Assembly (NCBI GenBank): GCA_013115145.1
Contig: JAAPAO010000133.1
Coordinates: forward strand, 2,710 to 66,709
DNA from: Perkinsus chesapeaki ATCC PRA-425
Lineage: Eukaryota > Protista > Perkinsozoa
DNA: 64,000 nt
Reading direction: 5' to 3'
Shown: positions 23,213 through 33,262 of the stretch, one piece after another
How positions within the stretch are numbered: the stretch's first letter is position 1
Layout: each line of letters opens with the position of its first letter
The notes under the pieces: generated by a model
What the model was told of the DNA's origin: nothing
Databases searched by the model: none
The model's input: only the letters and a program-made list of their open reading frames with translations
Program-made: the position numbers and the translations under genes

Positions 23213-26200
23213 ATGAGCCAAAATAGTGATGACGACGACGCCGTGGTCAACGCCGCCCATGTCCTGGCCGAGTTGGTCAACCCAACACTGAACCAGTTGA
23301 CACAGGCCATCGGTCAGCTCATAGAGCAACAACAAGCTGCCAATAACCTCATGCAAACTATGGTGGAACGACAGGCCGCGAAGGAGAGCGATGACAAGAA
23401 GGAGGACACTAAAGTGGAGGACGGCACGCACAAGCAAGAACAGCCCCTAATAGGCCCCGTAGTGACCCCAGGCGCGAGTGAGGAGACCCCCCTGAAGCCC
23501 TTGAGCCGTAGGCTGAGTTATGCTCCACCACCACAGAAAGGAGCCGGATTATGCTTGGGATGCGGGCACAGCCCTTGCCCTACGCCAGTCACCGACCAAC
23601 AGCTCACGGACGCTCTGAAGGCAGTCAAGCTGCTCAAGGCGCCGGAGGGCGGTCCCTTCAAAGGCGTATCTGACAATAGAACCGGTATTTCCTTTGAAAG
23701 GGAAACGAAGAAGTGTTGCGGCCGAATGTCATCTGTTGTTCTCTACCATTATCTACTGCAACACACAACACAGTCGGCGCAAGACGCGTTAGAGGTTGGC
23801 GAGGAATGGCCTGCCAACTGTCACAGGGATTACGAGATTGCAGTAGGAGGGATATGTACCAAGCTTCTCACGGTCTTCAGTAATCAAGCGTCTTCTGAAG
23901 GTATACTTCAAGCATGGAATGCCCTACAACAAAAACAGGATGAGAGTGTAGAGAGTTTCATCTCGAGAGTCTTGGCGATGACCACAGAGCTCAGACTGGC
24001 CGGCCTAGAACGACCAGAAAGAGAAGTTAAAGCCAAACTCCGCTGTGGCCTAGCAGAACGAGACCTACAAAGTACCCTACTCCAACATTCTCGCTTGAGC
24101 TTAAGTGACTTCATGGAAAAAATGGTGGAAGAAATGATAGATAGAAGAAGAGAAACTCACTCGGGGGAGTCCACATCCGTCCCGAACCCGAAGAGCACCA
24201 CATCGACGACATCCAAAGGAGACAAAGCAGGCGGCCAAAACCCCACCACATCTAAACTACCTCCACCTGTGATAGAACTGGACGAGGTCCACCTCAACGG
24301 TATCAATGCTGGCCAGTTACCGAGTGGAGCGCCAGGGTGCGCACGAGGCTGCGGCGACTCGGCTTGTCGAGGGGTTCGCTACTGCACACTGAAGCTACCA
24401 AACCTGCCACCAGAGGCGTGTTCGAGGTGTGGTCGAGCTCATCCAGCCGATCAGGTCTGCCCGGCGGTCAACAAGGTCTGTGCTCGCTGTAACCGTGGAG
24501 GGCACTTTGCGGCGGCCTGTCGCAGCGCCCCAAGCGGTAGACAGCATTCTCGCCCGACACGTCGATGGCAGGGTGACAGACGCGGACAGTCTCAACAAGC
24601 AGCTAAAGGAGATCCTAATGACTCAAATAAACAAGACCAATCCAAGGAGGACAAGCAACATAAGGTGACAAATGCAATCATCAACATTGACGACGTGCCA
24701 TCTGACGACGACATCTTGCCCGACATCTTCGCGCTGTCAACTAGCCCCCCTCCAAAATCTGCTGATAACAAAACCAGACCCAATAGCGTGCCCACGGAGT
24801 CCTTGAAAGGCCCGCAGGTGAAAACACCTGTTTCGAAAGCCTTCTCTCAACTACCAGGACATGTGATAACCGTGATGGCATTATGGGATACTGGTGCGAC
24901 AGCAAACTTCGTGAGAGCCGACGTCCTCGAGACATTGGCCAAAAGGGGAAACACCTCTCTCAGATGGCCCGAAAAAGGGTCGCGTATTAATGCCACCTTG
25001 GCCGATAATTTATCTCGAGTCCCACTCCAAGGGACTTGTCTCCTGGTCTTAAAGACTCCTAGAGCCACAGCTACCATCACTGCTTATGTGGTTCGCCACT
25101 TAAGCTTACCCTTGGTCATTGGTGTACCAGCTCTACAAGCATTAAGAGTCAAACTAGAATTTAGCCCACAAGGACGAGTGAGGATCAGGACTGGTTACGT
25201 CGAGGGTACCTACGCAGACCCGTACAGAGGCGACTTAGTTCAATCTATGACAGCGAGACCAAGGCCATTTATGCCAAGGCCATGTGTTATCCAGCCCGAG
25301 CGGAGCCATGATGAGGAACTTACCATTCACACCCTCTCGGCTCCACCGGGCCAACTACTACATCATATGCAGTGGTCGCGTATACAGCCCATATTAAACT
25401 TCGTGGACATCAACAACGACACCTCCATAGAGTGTGAGTTATCGTCCGTGCAAGAGACACCAGTAATGCTTCCAAGAGAAGCGATCCACATAGACTCTAC
25501 CCGGTCAGGAAGGCTGGTCGCGGACTTCACCTACAACAGTGATGCGGATTTCGAAGCACTGCAGGGGAAAGGCTGGAAAGCGGCTGTGAGCAGAGCTCAA
25601 AGGTCCTCATATGGCAAAACCCTCGAACAGAAAAATCTCATCAACGACGCCATCGACAAGCTACTGAGCTCTGACTTTGTCGGTTACCTCAAGCTCAAAA
25701 CCCTATCACATCCGCCGCCCACGCACAGCATTGCAAGATTGTATGAATCTAGTGATCTTATACGCCAAACCCATCTGGTACAAGACCGTTATCTACAAGC
25801 TCATCAGCCAGTGTATATACCGGCACAAGCGGTGTTCAAGCGGACTTCCAGTACTACTCCATGCAGGTTGGTATACGACATGCGCATGGTCAACAAAACC
25901 TTCACATTACCGACGGTTAGCAGGTGGAACCTATGGGACTACTTGGTACAGGCGTGCACAAGCCCGGTATGTAAGTTCATGGATGCTGAGAAGGCCTTCA
26001 ATCAAGTCTTACTAACTTCAAAATCGGCAGCAAGCTGTGCCACAGTATTAATGAAAGCAAAAACTCCACAGGTATCAAGACCCGAAGCATATGTTGTGCT
26101 ATGGACATCCATGCCCTTTGGAGCTGGGCCGAGTCCAGGTGGGTTGGAAGCAGCAACCGAAGTATGGATAGAAGAGTCTAAGCAATTATCGAAGACACTG

Positions 26201-29059
26201 GTACCTCCACACCTTTCCCATACCAACCCCTTGCCGGACTTCTACACCCTGGACAGCTTCAAATATTGCAGACCCATCATACAGGATGCCTTCGAGAACC
26301 GGCCACTTGAGCCCGGTCCACCCCTCCATCTGCTGGACTATGTAGACGACTACGCTGTCATCGGCGACTCTCTAGCACAGCTCAATTGGCACACGGACCT
26401 CGTCGAGGCCGCTGCAGGCCATAGAGGCTTCCGCTTCCCAGCCGCCAAGAAGTATCAATCATGGGACTCCGACAATGACAACAAGCTCCTTGGTTATCAC
26501 CTAAGGAATGATCTTCTATCGCCTGTCTTCTCTGCCGAACCACTGCCAGAAGGCGCCCCATCACCGGTCACCAAACGGGCGGTGAGCCACACCCTCGCCT
26601 CTCTCTATGATCCGTTAGGGAGATACATTGAACACAACATGATGGGTCGAAGTTTATGGAGATCAGTGGTGGATTCGACCAGAGAAGAGGAGTTACCCTC
26701 TGCCCTTACTTGGAACAAGGCCGTTCCCAATGGGTTAGTACAAGCCGTTAATCGTTGGGTAAAGGCAGTTTCGGCCCTACCTCCCACGCCGAGGTTTATA
26801 CCAGTTCGATGGAGACATCCAACATCATCAGAATACAAACACTGTCAGTTATTAGTCTCCTGTGATGCCTCGAACATCGCCTGGTGTGTCGACGTGAGAT
26901 CCAAAGTCAACGGACTTCCTATTGGTCCAAGATTATGTGGTCGTGGTGGTCTGTTTCCACAACGGAGGACCTATAGTCCTGATGGTAGATCGACATCAAC
27001 TCCAACGTCTACGGTACCAAGGCTTGAGCTCCACAGTTTACTACAAGCCACCAAGGAACTCCTTAGGCTATGCTCAGCTACCAGAGTCTCGCCTACCACC
27101 AATACTACTGCTATTATCATGTCTGACAGTCTGATTAATATACAAAGGCTGTGTCGTATGGGCAACAGATCCGAGACTGAGCTAGTGAACTGTATCGGTA
27201 AGAAGGGGAAGTGCAACTACACCAGAGGTGACCTGGCCAAACTTCTAAAGATCAGGCAGAACCTGAAGGATGTACCCATACCAGTCACCCTAATACACCT
27301 CCCTTCGGCACTCAACTTGGCTGATGATGGTTCAAGATGCAGAGCCCCTTCGAGAGGCCCAGAAGAGACGGAGCTGCTGGAAGCAATCTTACAAGACCCG
27401 AGCCGACGCCCAAACTACATCCCCGGAGACACTCGTTTCGAAGATTGCTCTTTAGACGAGGACGAGCAGACCAACGACTGTTCCGAAGGTGATGAACCCG
27501 GTTCGGTGGCGCTGTGCGCCACAGCTCCACAAGCTGGCCCCCTACCAACCCCTTTCAGCGACCAAGCAACCCTTCCCACTTTAACAGAGGCAGATAGGGC
27601 AACAATCGACGACGCTATCGAGGATTCCATTAAGAAAGACGGCTTCTATAACGCTGTCCGCTCTTACCTCAAGGATGGGACTGTCGCTGATGGGTACTCT
27701 CCTGCTAGGCTGAAACGCCAAGCCACTAACTTCGAGCTGGATACATGTGGAAGACTCTTTAGGATAGTGAGGCAGCGTCCAGATGCTACGGTGGTGCGCC
27801 AACGAGTCATTTCTGGTCATGCTCACGACATCATCAACAAGATCATTATTACGCGCCATCTGGAATGGCACCACCTAGGTCCTCAAAAATTGACGATTCG
27901 TCTATCTGACTCATTTTATTGGCCCAGACAGCGTCGCACTGTCACCAGGGCTCTCAAAAGGTGCATCCCCTGTCTGAAGACTAATGCCATCCGTCAGTTC
28001 AACTCCAGTGCAGGCTGTCAACATGTAGCAGATTTACGACCTGGTCAAGTACAAGCATGTGATATCTATCTACCTAATGTGAAAGTCGATGGTGAGCAAT
28101 CTGGCAATGCCGATCGCATCGTTGCGGCGCTTGTCATGACAGACCTTGCCTCGGGCTTCCAAAGACTACAACCCATACATGGATCTGCGACATCAGCCAA
28201 TGTTTGCTCTGCTTTGGATCTACTATTTACAAATGTCCACTTTCCTACCGTGCTCATTACTGACAATGGTAAAAGCTTCGTCTCTAACCTAACAGCACGC
28301 TGGTGTCGAGACCGGTCTATACTACAGTTATCTTGCCCGGTGTACGCCCCGGCTCTGGCGTATTGGGAGAGATCTCACCGTGAGATAAGCCGAGCGTTGA
28401 AGGCCTGTTTATTTGATCATACCATGGTGGGAACTTGGTTCGACAAGTTGGTACAAGTCGTCAACCATCTGAATGATGCTCCGTACAACTCTGATTCGTG
28501 GCTCAGCCCCCGCTTGGTGGCGCACCCGCATTACGACATTAACCACTACTACAACACAAACAGTGCATCAGTGAACGACCTCGCCAAGAAGCTGACGACC
28601 GTGAGCCAACCAGCAGTGGCTGAGCGAGTCAGAGAAAGCGGCAAGAAGACCTACACTATCCGTATGCTTGATTATCTTAACCATTGGACTACATTTAAGG
28701 AAGCTAGTAGAGCGAGAACCCTTGCTCACCATGGACGTCCGTGTGATCTTGCTGTCGGAGATACAGTTTTCCACCTCACTGGTCAGTCATCTAAATTATC
28801 TTCCAGAGTGGCTGGTCCTTATATTGTTGACACCGTTGATGAGGATCACAAAGGTACGGTTATTATCCGTGGAGCTGATCACTGTACGTGTCGTGTATGG
28901 GTATCTAACCTTGTCAAAGTACCACCTCTGAAGTCTGAGGGCGACACTACTACTTCTACTCCAAGCCCTGATTTATCACCTGATGGTTATGCTTGGACAT
29001 TAGATCATCTTCCTCCAATACAAGTACTTCCTCCCCCTAACTATCCTGGGAAAAGGTAA
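23213..29059 (+). CDS. Gag-Pol polyprotein (Gag zinc knuckle, aspartic protease, RT, RNase H, integrase)
   Basis: Gag: CSRCGRAH..CPA..CARCNRGGHFAAAC (about 24420-24520). Protease: LWDTGAT (about 24880). RT: RLVYD, DAEKAFNQV, MPFGAGPSP, YVDD (26339-26350). TKRAVS..LASLYDPLG, then RNase H: CDAS, TVPRLEL, MSDS, NLADDGSR. Integrase: H..HH..CIPC zinc finger, D..TDNGKSF..WERSH, and C-terminal GPY. Confidence 0.97.
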   Translation: MSQNSDDDDAVVNAAHVLAELVNPTLNQLTQAIGQLIEQQQAANNLMQTMVERQAAKESDDKKEDTKVEDGTHKQEQPLIGPVVTPGASEETPLKPLSRRLSYAPPPQKGAGLCLGCGHSPCPTPVTDQQLTDALKAVKLLKAPEGGPFKGVSDNRTGISFERETKKCCGRMSSVVLYHYLLQHTTQSAQDALEVGEEWPANCHRDYEIAVGGICTKLLTVFSNQASSEGILQAWNALQQKQDESVESFISRVLAMTTELRLAGLERPEREVKAKLRCGLAERDLQSTLLQHSRLSLSDFMEKMVEEMIDRRRETHSGESTSVPNPKSTTSTTSKGDKAGGQNPTTSKLPPPVIELDEVHLNGINAGQLPSGAPGCARGCGDSACRGVRYCTLKLPNLPPEACSRCGRAHPADQVCPAVNKVCARCNRGGHFAAACRSAPSGRQHSRPTRRWQGDRRGQSQQAAKGDPNDSNKQDQSKEDKQHKVTNAIINIDDVPSDDDILPDIFALSTSPPPKSADNKTRPNSVPTESLKGPQVKTPVSKAFSQLPGHVITVMALWDTGATANFVRADVLETLAKRGNTSLRWPEKGSRINATLADNLSRVPLQGTCLLVLKTPRATATITAYVVRHLSLPLVIGVPALQALRVKLEFSPQGRVRIRTGYVEGTYADPYRGDLVQSMTARPRPFMPRPCVIQPERSHDEELTIHTLSAPPGQLLHHMQWSRIQPILNFVDINNDTSIECELSSVQETPVMLPREAIHIDSTRSGRLVADFTYNSDADFEALQGKGWKAAVSRAQRSSYGKTLEQKNLINDAIDKLLSSDFVGYLKLKTLSHPPPTHSIARLYESSDLIRQTHLVQDRYLQAHQPVYIPAQAVFKRTSSTTPCRLVYDMRMVNKTFTLPTVSRWNLWDYLVQACTSPVCKFMDAEKAFNQVLLTSKSAASCATVLMKAKTPQVSRPEAYVVLWTSMPFGAGPSPGGLEAATEVWIEESKQLSKTLVPPHLSHTNPLPDFYTLDSFKYCRPIIQDAFENRPLEPGPPLHLLDYVDDYAVIGDSLAQLNWHTDLVEAAAGHRGFRFPAAKKYQSWDSDNDNKLLGYHLRNDLLSPVFSAEPLPEGAPSPVTKRAVSHTLASLYDPLGRYIEHNMMGRSLWRSVVDSTREEELPSALTWNKAVPNGLVQAVNRWVKAVSALPPTPRFIPVRWRHPTSSEYKHCQLLVSCDASNIAWCVDVRSKVNGLPIGPRLCGRGGLFPQRRTYSPDGRSTSTPTSTVPRLELHSLLQATKELLRLCSATRVSPTTNTTAIIMSDSLINIQRLCRMGNRSETELVNCIGKKGKCNYTRGDLAKLLKIRQNLKDVPIPVTLIHLPSALNLADDGSRCRAPSRGPEETELLEAILQDPSRRPNYIPGDTRFEDCSLDEDEQTNDCSEGDEPGSVALCATAPQAGPLPTPFSDQATLPTLTEADRATIDDAIEDSIKKDGFYNAVRSYLKDGTVADGYSPARLKRQATNFELDTCGRLFRIVRQRPDATVVRQRVISGHAHDIINKIIITRHLEWHHLGPQKLTIRLSDSFYWPRQRRTVTRALKRCIPCLKTNAIRQFNSSAGCQHVADLRPGQVQACDIYLPNVKVDGEQSGNADRIVAALVMTDLASGFQRLQPIHGSATSANVCSALDLLFTNVHFPTVLITDNGKSFVSNLTARWCRDRSILQLSCPVYAPALAYWERSHREISRALKACLFDHTMVGTWFDKLVQVVNHLNDAPYNSDSWLSPRLVAHPHYDINHYYNTNSASVNDLAKKLTTVSQPAVAERVRESGKKTYTIRMLDYLNHWTTFKEASRARTLAHHGRPCDLAVGDTVFHLTGQSSKLSSRVAGPYIVDTVDEDHKGTVIIRGADHCTCRVWVSNLVKVPPLKSEGDTTTSTPSPDLSPDGYAWTLDHLPPIQVLPPPNYPGKR

Positions 29060-29331
29060 ATCTCCTTCATTGAATTATCAGGTTTATGCCCTTCTCTGAT
29101 GCCGATAAGCCCGCATTGGTGGTGAATCTTATCCATCTGAGTCGTGGTGCACGTAGCGTGCGTTATTATCTTACTAATGTAATGAGTCCGTTCAGGTCTC
29201 TCGTGACATCGTCTCACATTAGCATCTTCGTTCGAGTCTTGATTATTGATAGAGGCTTCATATGGTGTTAAGCTGATCCTGTTAGCGAGACTCATTCAGT
29301 ATCTGATGTTTGTTGGCAGCCGCGGCGGGAG

Positions 29332-29519
29332 AATTCAGTGTTCAGCACTGAAAGCCAAGGCGTTGAGAAACAGTTAAGATAGCAAGTGACGTCGCAGCGT
29401 GCTTGCGTACACATTCATCAGTATATAAGCCTTTTTAACCACCCGTCTGTGGTATTGAGTTACTAGCGGCTTGCCGCATAGTCTCCGTGTACTTATCTCA
29501 ACAACCCCTACACGGAATT
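29332..29519 (+). repeat. 3' LTR
   Basis: Direct copy of the 5' LTR, preceded by a short purine-rich GGCGGGAG (weak PPT candidate). TATATAA at 29422-29428. Confidence 0.93.
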
Positions 29520-29731
29520 TCTGCCTAAATCGATTACCGCGGCGCGCGCGATTGACGAACTGGCATTTTTGCTCTTCACCGTGTTGCCTTTACGGAAGCT
29601 GAGTGTTGAACTACACTAGTGTTTGCGGTCTGTTATATGTTATTTATGGGGCCTATATACGCCTGCCTTGGACCTCTTAGCTGTCCTATCATAGATAGCT
29701 CACTTCTTGCCGTAGTATTGTTTATAGAGTA

Positions 29732-30724
29732 ATGTCCTCAGCACCTAGGAAGAAGGTCCTCTTAAAGGTCATCATTTTGGGTGATAGCGGGTAGTAGGGG
29801 TATAATGTCGGTAATAACAATTGAAGCTATCGCTGTGTTAGAGTCGGTAAGACTTCTCTTATGAACCAATATGTTAATAAGAAGTTCAGCCCTCAGTATA
29901 AGGTGGGCGGCGGCACAAAGGACGATAGGCTAGATAGGATTCGACGGTTTCCTCTAGGCGACCATCGGGGCTGATTTCCTTACAAAGGAGGTTACCATCG
30001 ACGATAAGGTGGTGACACTCCAGATCTGGGATACCGCTGGTCAGGAGAGATTCCAGAGTCTCGGTGAGCAGCAACAGCCTTCCCATGCTGCAGAATAGGC
30101 ATTGGTGGTGTTCAGGTGTTGCGTTCTATCGCGGTGCTGACTGCTGCTGTTTGGTGTATGATATCACCAATCCTAAAAGCTTTGAGAGTCTGGACTCCTG
30201 GCGGGACGAGTTTCTCATTCAGGTTAGTTGATAGCAAATGGTGAAGTGGGTACCTTCTTGCATCAGGCATCCCCCAGAGACCCCGAGGAGTTCCCCTTCG
30301 TAGTTGTTGGTAACAAGCTGGACATGGAGGCCAAACGAAAGGTTATAATGGTCTAACGATCGCTGCTTTAACGGGAACGGTGATGGACAGGTCTCGAAGG
30401 CTCGAGCGACAACATGGTGCAGGTCGAAGAACAACATTCCTTGTTTTGAAACCAGCGCGAAGGATTCTGTCAATGTGGAGCAGGTGCCGCCGCCGACGCT
30501 CCGCCCGGCTATTGAATCCCATTTTGCTTCGATCAGGCTTTCGTTGAAATCGCTCGACGAGCTCTGCAGAACGAGGCTGCTATGGCCAAGGAACAGGAGC
30601 AAATGTAAGCCTACTGTGGCGGGATGGTGTCGAGGTGTCTTTCAGGTATCTTTCCCAAACGCTCAACCTTAACAATCCTCCATCGGAGAGCCAAAGCTCT
30701 AACGTGCAGCAGTGCGAATGTTAA
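29732..30724 (+). CDS. RAB7: Rab7 small GTPase (multi-exon)
   Basis: Spliced: [51 protein letters not shown]...[21 protein letters not shown]...GNKLD...ETSAK...QQCEC* (CxC prenylation motif). Confidence 0.97.
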
Positions 30725-30998
30725 TCGTAGTATATTGTTCTCGTCGTGTTGTATCGCCGTCGTTATCTTACCGTTTCTCCTCAATACGGCTGACACCCCC
30801 TCCGCCTCTATTGCTGCTATTCCTTGTGATGACAATGATGATGATACTAAGACGACGACTACAAAGACTGTGATAACAATGGTGCATATACAATAGCCTC
30901 CGTCTCGACAAGTGTGGGTTGCATTGTGTTACTAACAACAACACAACAATAAAAAGGGACTGTCCCGAGGCGGAATCAAAGTGTGCAAAACAAACTGT

Positions 30999-33083
30999 TT
31001 AAAGAACACCGTTGAGCTTGGAGGCTTTAATGAGCTTCCGAGCTGCTTTGATGACACGCTTCTTATATTCCCCAAACACTTCGCTGAACTCTTCCTCACC
31101 CTTAACAGGGGTTGCTGAGAATTTACCATTCTCAATCGCCCAGAACTGGGTGGGATGCAAGGCACCCATGAAAGTCTCCGAATGGGTTACGGCCACGACG
31201 GCACCGTCGAAGGTCTCGAGAGCTTTGGTGAGGGCCTCCTGGCTGATTACGTCCAAGTGATTGGTGGGCTCATCTAGCAGCAACAGATGTGGCCGGGATG
31301 CCACGGCGACAGCTAGATCTAACCGAGCACGCTGGCCACCAGAGAGCTGTCCTACGACGGAGGACAGGGCGAAACGACCAAGCCCGAAGGATCCTAGAAA
31401 GTTGCAGATCTCCTGGTTGGACAGACTGGCATCCTCTGGCCGCTCGTGCTTGAAGTAGTCGACGGGAGATATCTCGAGGAAATCCTTCATCTTCTGAAGG
31501 TGATGTTGGCTGACCAACGCCACTCGGCAGCGATTCTCCACCCGTCGTCCTCCCGATATCTTATTGGCCACACCGTCGTCCTTGAGAACGCTCATAAGGG
31601 TGCTCTTGCCGGCACCATTCGGGCCCACCAGAATGATCCTCGCTCCCATAGGTATGGTAAAAGTGACATCTCGAACGATGGCCGTATCCTTGCCGTATCC
31701 GATAACACCATTCTTCATAATATAGAGGTCCTTGTCGATCTCGGCTGGCTGGAGGAACTTGAATTTGAAGTTCTCCACCTTGTTGCTGGCAGCCATGTTT
31801 GAGACCTTCGCGTCGAGGTATTCGGGCAGGCGTACGGAATCCTCGGAAAGAGTCTTCAGCGATTGCTTCTTGAACTTCTTGCCATCCTCGCGATAGTAGT
31901 TTAGTCGGTCCATCTTCTTCAGGCGTTCGGCAGCTTGTTTCTGCTTGTTGGGGTCGTCGGAATGCCTGTTGTTCTGGACGAAAGCGGCAGCCTTGTCCTT
32001 CTGCTTTTGCTGGGCTTCAAGAGCGCTGGTAAGCCGCGTTGCTCGGGTTTCTAGCTGCTCTCGAAAAGCGCTGAAGTTGCCGGTGTAGTAGACCAGTTTC
32101 TTATTAAAGGAATCCACTCGGCAAATATCCGTGCAAACCTCGTCCATGAACTCCGAGTCGTGACTGACGATGACCGTGACCAACTCATCCTTCTTCTCCA
32201 TCAACCATTCTGTCAGCCACCACTTGGCGTGCAGATCAAGGTGGTTCGTCGGTTCATCCAGCAGCAGGACGTCTGGCCGCATGCTGATCGCTCTGGCCAG
32301 TTCCACTCGGAGCAGCCAGCCACCAGAGAGATGCTTCACAGGCGCGTCGATAAGCTTCTCGGGAAAGCCCAAACCCTGTAGAACCGCTCGGGCCCTCTCA
32401 GCGGCCTGATCGGCTTGGATGGCATCCAACTGTTCCACAACTTCTGACACCCTCTGAACCTCCTCATCGGTCATGTCGGCGCCCGAGGCCAACTTCTCAT
32501 TAAGATCGTGGTATTCTTTCATCAGCAAAGCCCGTTCGACATCAGCCGCCACAGTGTAATCGAGAGCTGTAAGGGCTTCATGCTCAGGCGGGGGAGTGAG
32601 CTCCTGGGCCACATATGCGTACTTCAAATGCAAAGGCGTTCCGGGGAGAGTAAACGATGCCAGTCGCCTGAGCAGGGTTGTCTTGCCGGCGCCGTTGACT
32701 CCTATAAGACCATAGCAGTGCCCCTTGAGGAATTGGACTTTGGCGTTCTCCAGGAGAGATGTGCTGCCAGTCTTCCCAACATAACATAGCGTCACATTAT
32801 CGATGATGACATCACCGCTGTTCTGGACTTGGACCCCTCGCCCACCGTACGACGCTCCGCCCCACTGGCGGCCCTCAGCCAAACACTCCAGCCATCGCGA
32901 CGTGAAGTCATCGGCATCCGACAGACTTGCGAGACCAGATGGCAGACCGAACTTGGCGATCTGGGCGAGTTGGGCATCTTGGATTTTAGGGGCCTCCTTC
33001 TTGTCAGGGGATGAGGAAGTGTCGGTATGACCTTCCTTCTTCTTGTGGCCTCGAATGGCTCCTCGCTTCGTTGAACGTACCAT
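30999..33083 (-). CDS. ABC-F family ATPase (GCN20/ABCF3-like), intronless
   Basis: Two ABC cassettes (GVNGAGKT/LSGGW/LLLDEPTNHLD and GPNGAGKS/LSGGQ/LLLDEPTNHLD) and no TM domain. Likely start MVRSTKRG at 33083. Confidence 0.93.
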   Translation of the reverse strand: MVRSTKRGAIRGHKKKEGHTDTSSSPDKKEAPKIQDAQLAQIAKFGLPSGLASLSDADDFTSRWLECLAEGRQWGGASYGGRGVQVQNSGDVIIDNVTLCYVGKTGSTSLLENAKVQFLKGHCYGLIGVNGAGKTTLLRRLASFTLPGTPLHLKYAYVAQELTPPPEHEALTALDYTVAADVERALLMKEYHDLNEKLASGADMTDEEVQRVSEVVEQLDAIQADQAAERARAVLQGLGFPEKLIDAPVKHLSGGWLLRVELARAISMRPDVLLLDEPTNHLDLHAKWWLTEWLMEKKDELVTVIVSHDSEFMDEVCTDICRVDSFNKKLVYYTGNFSAFREQLETRATRLTSALEAQQKQKDKAAAFVQNNRHSDDPNKQKQAAERLKKMDRLNYYREDGKKFKKQSLKTLSEDSVRLPEYLDAKVSNMAASNKVENFKFKFLQPAEIDKDLYIMKNGVIGYGKDTAIVRDVTFTIPMGARIILVGPNGAGKSTLMSVLKDDGVANKISGGRRVENRCRVALVSQHHLQKMKDFLEISPVDYFKHERPEDASLSNQEICNFLGSFGLGRFALSSVVGQLSGGQRARLDLAVAVASRPHLLLLDEPTNHLDVISQEALTKALETFDGAVVAVTHSETFMGALHPTQFWAIENGKFSATPVKGEEEFSEVFGEYKKRVIKAARKLIKASKLNGVL

Positions 33084-33262
33084 CGATAAAGCAATTACAA
33101 ATAACTCAGGATAATAAATAGGAATAACCAACAGCAACGATGGTGCTGTAAGAACGGTAATGAGCAGGAGCACACAACGCTGTCCCTTGGTAATGAGCAA
33201 AACGCAATAGCCGAACCGGTGGTACGAAACGGAAGTCATGGTCGCTGTGATGGCTGAGACGC

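Larger units (their letters stand above)
23015..29519 (+). mobile_element. Full-length LTR retrotransposon, BEL/Pao-like, with 4-bp TSD (TCTG)
   Basis: Two 188-bp direct repeats with 1 mismatch flank a 1948-aa gag-pol ORF. TCTG lies immediately outside both ends (23011-23014 and 29520-29523). Confidence 0.95.

Noticed and set aside
23014-29520. Alternative 190-bp LTR boundary (GAATTC...GGAATTT)
   Set aside because: The extra matching bases coincide with TSD bases. This boundary leaves only a 2-bp flank match, while the 188-bp boundary gives perfect inverted ends plus a 4-bp TSD.
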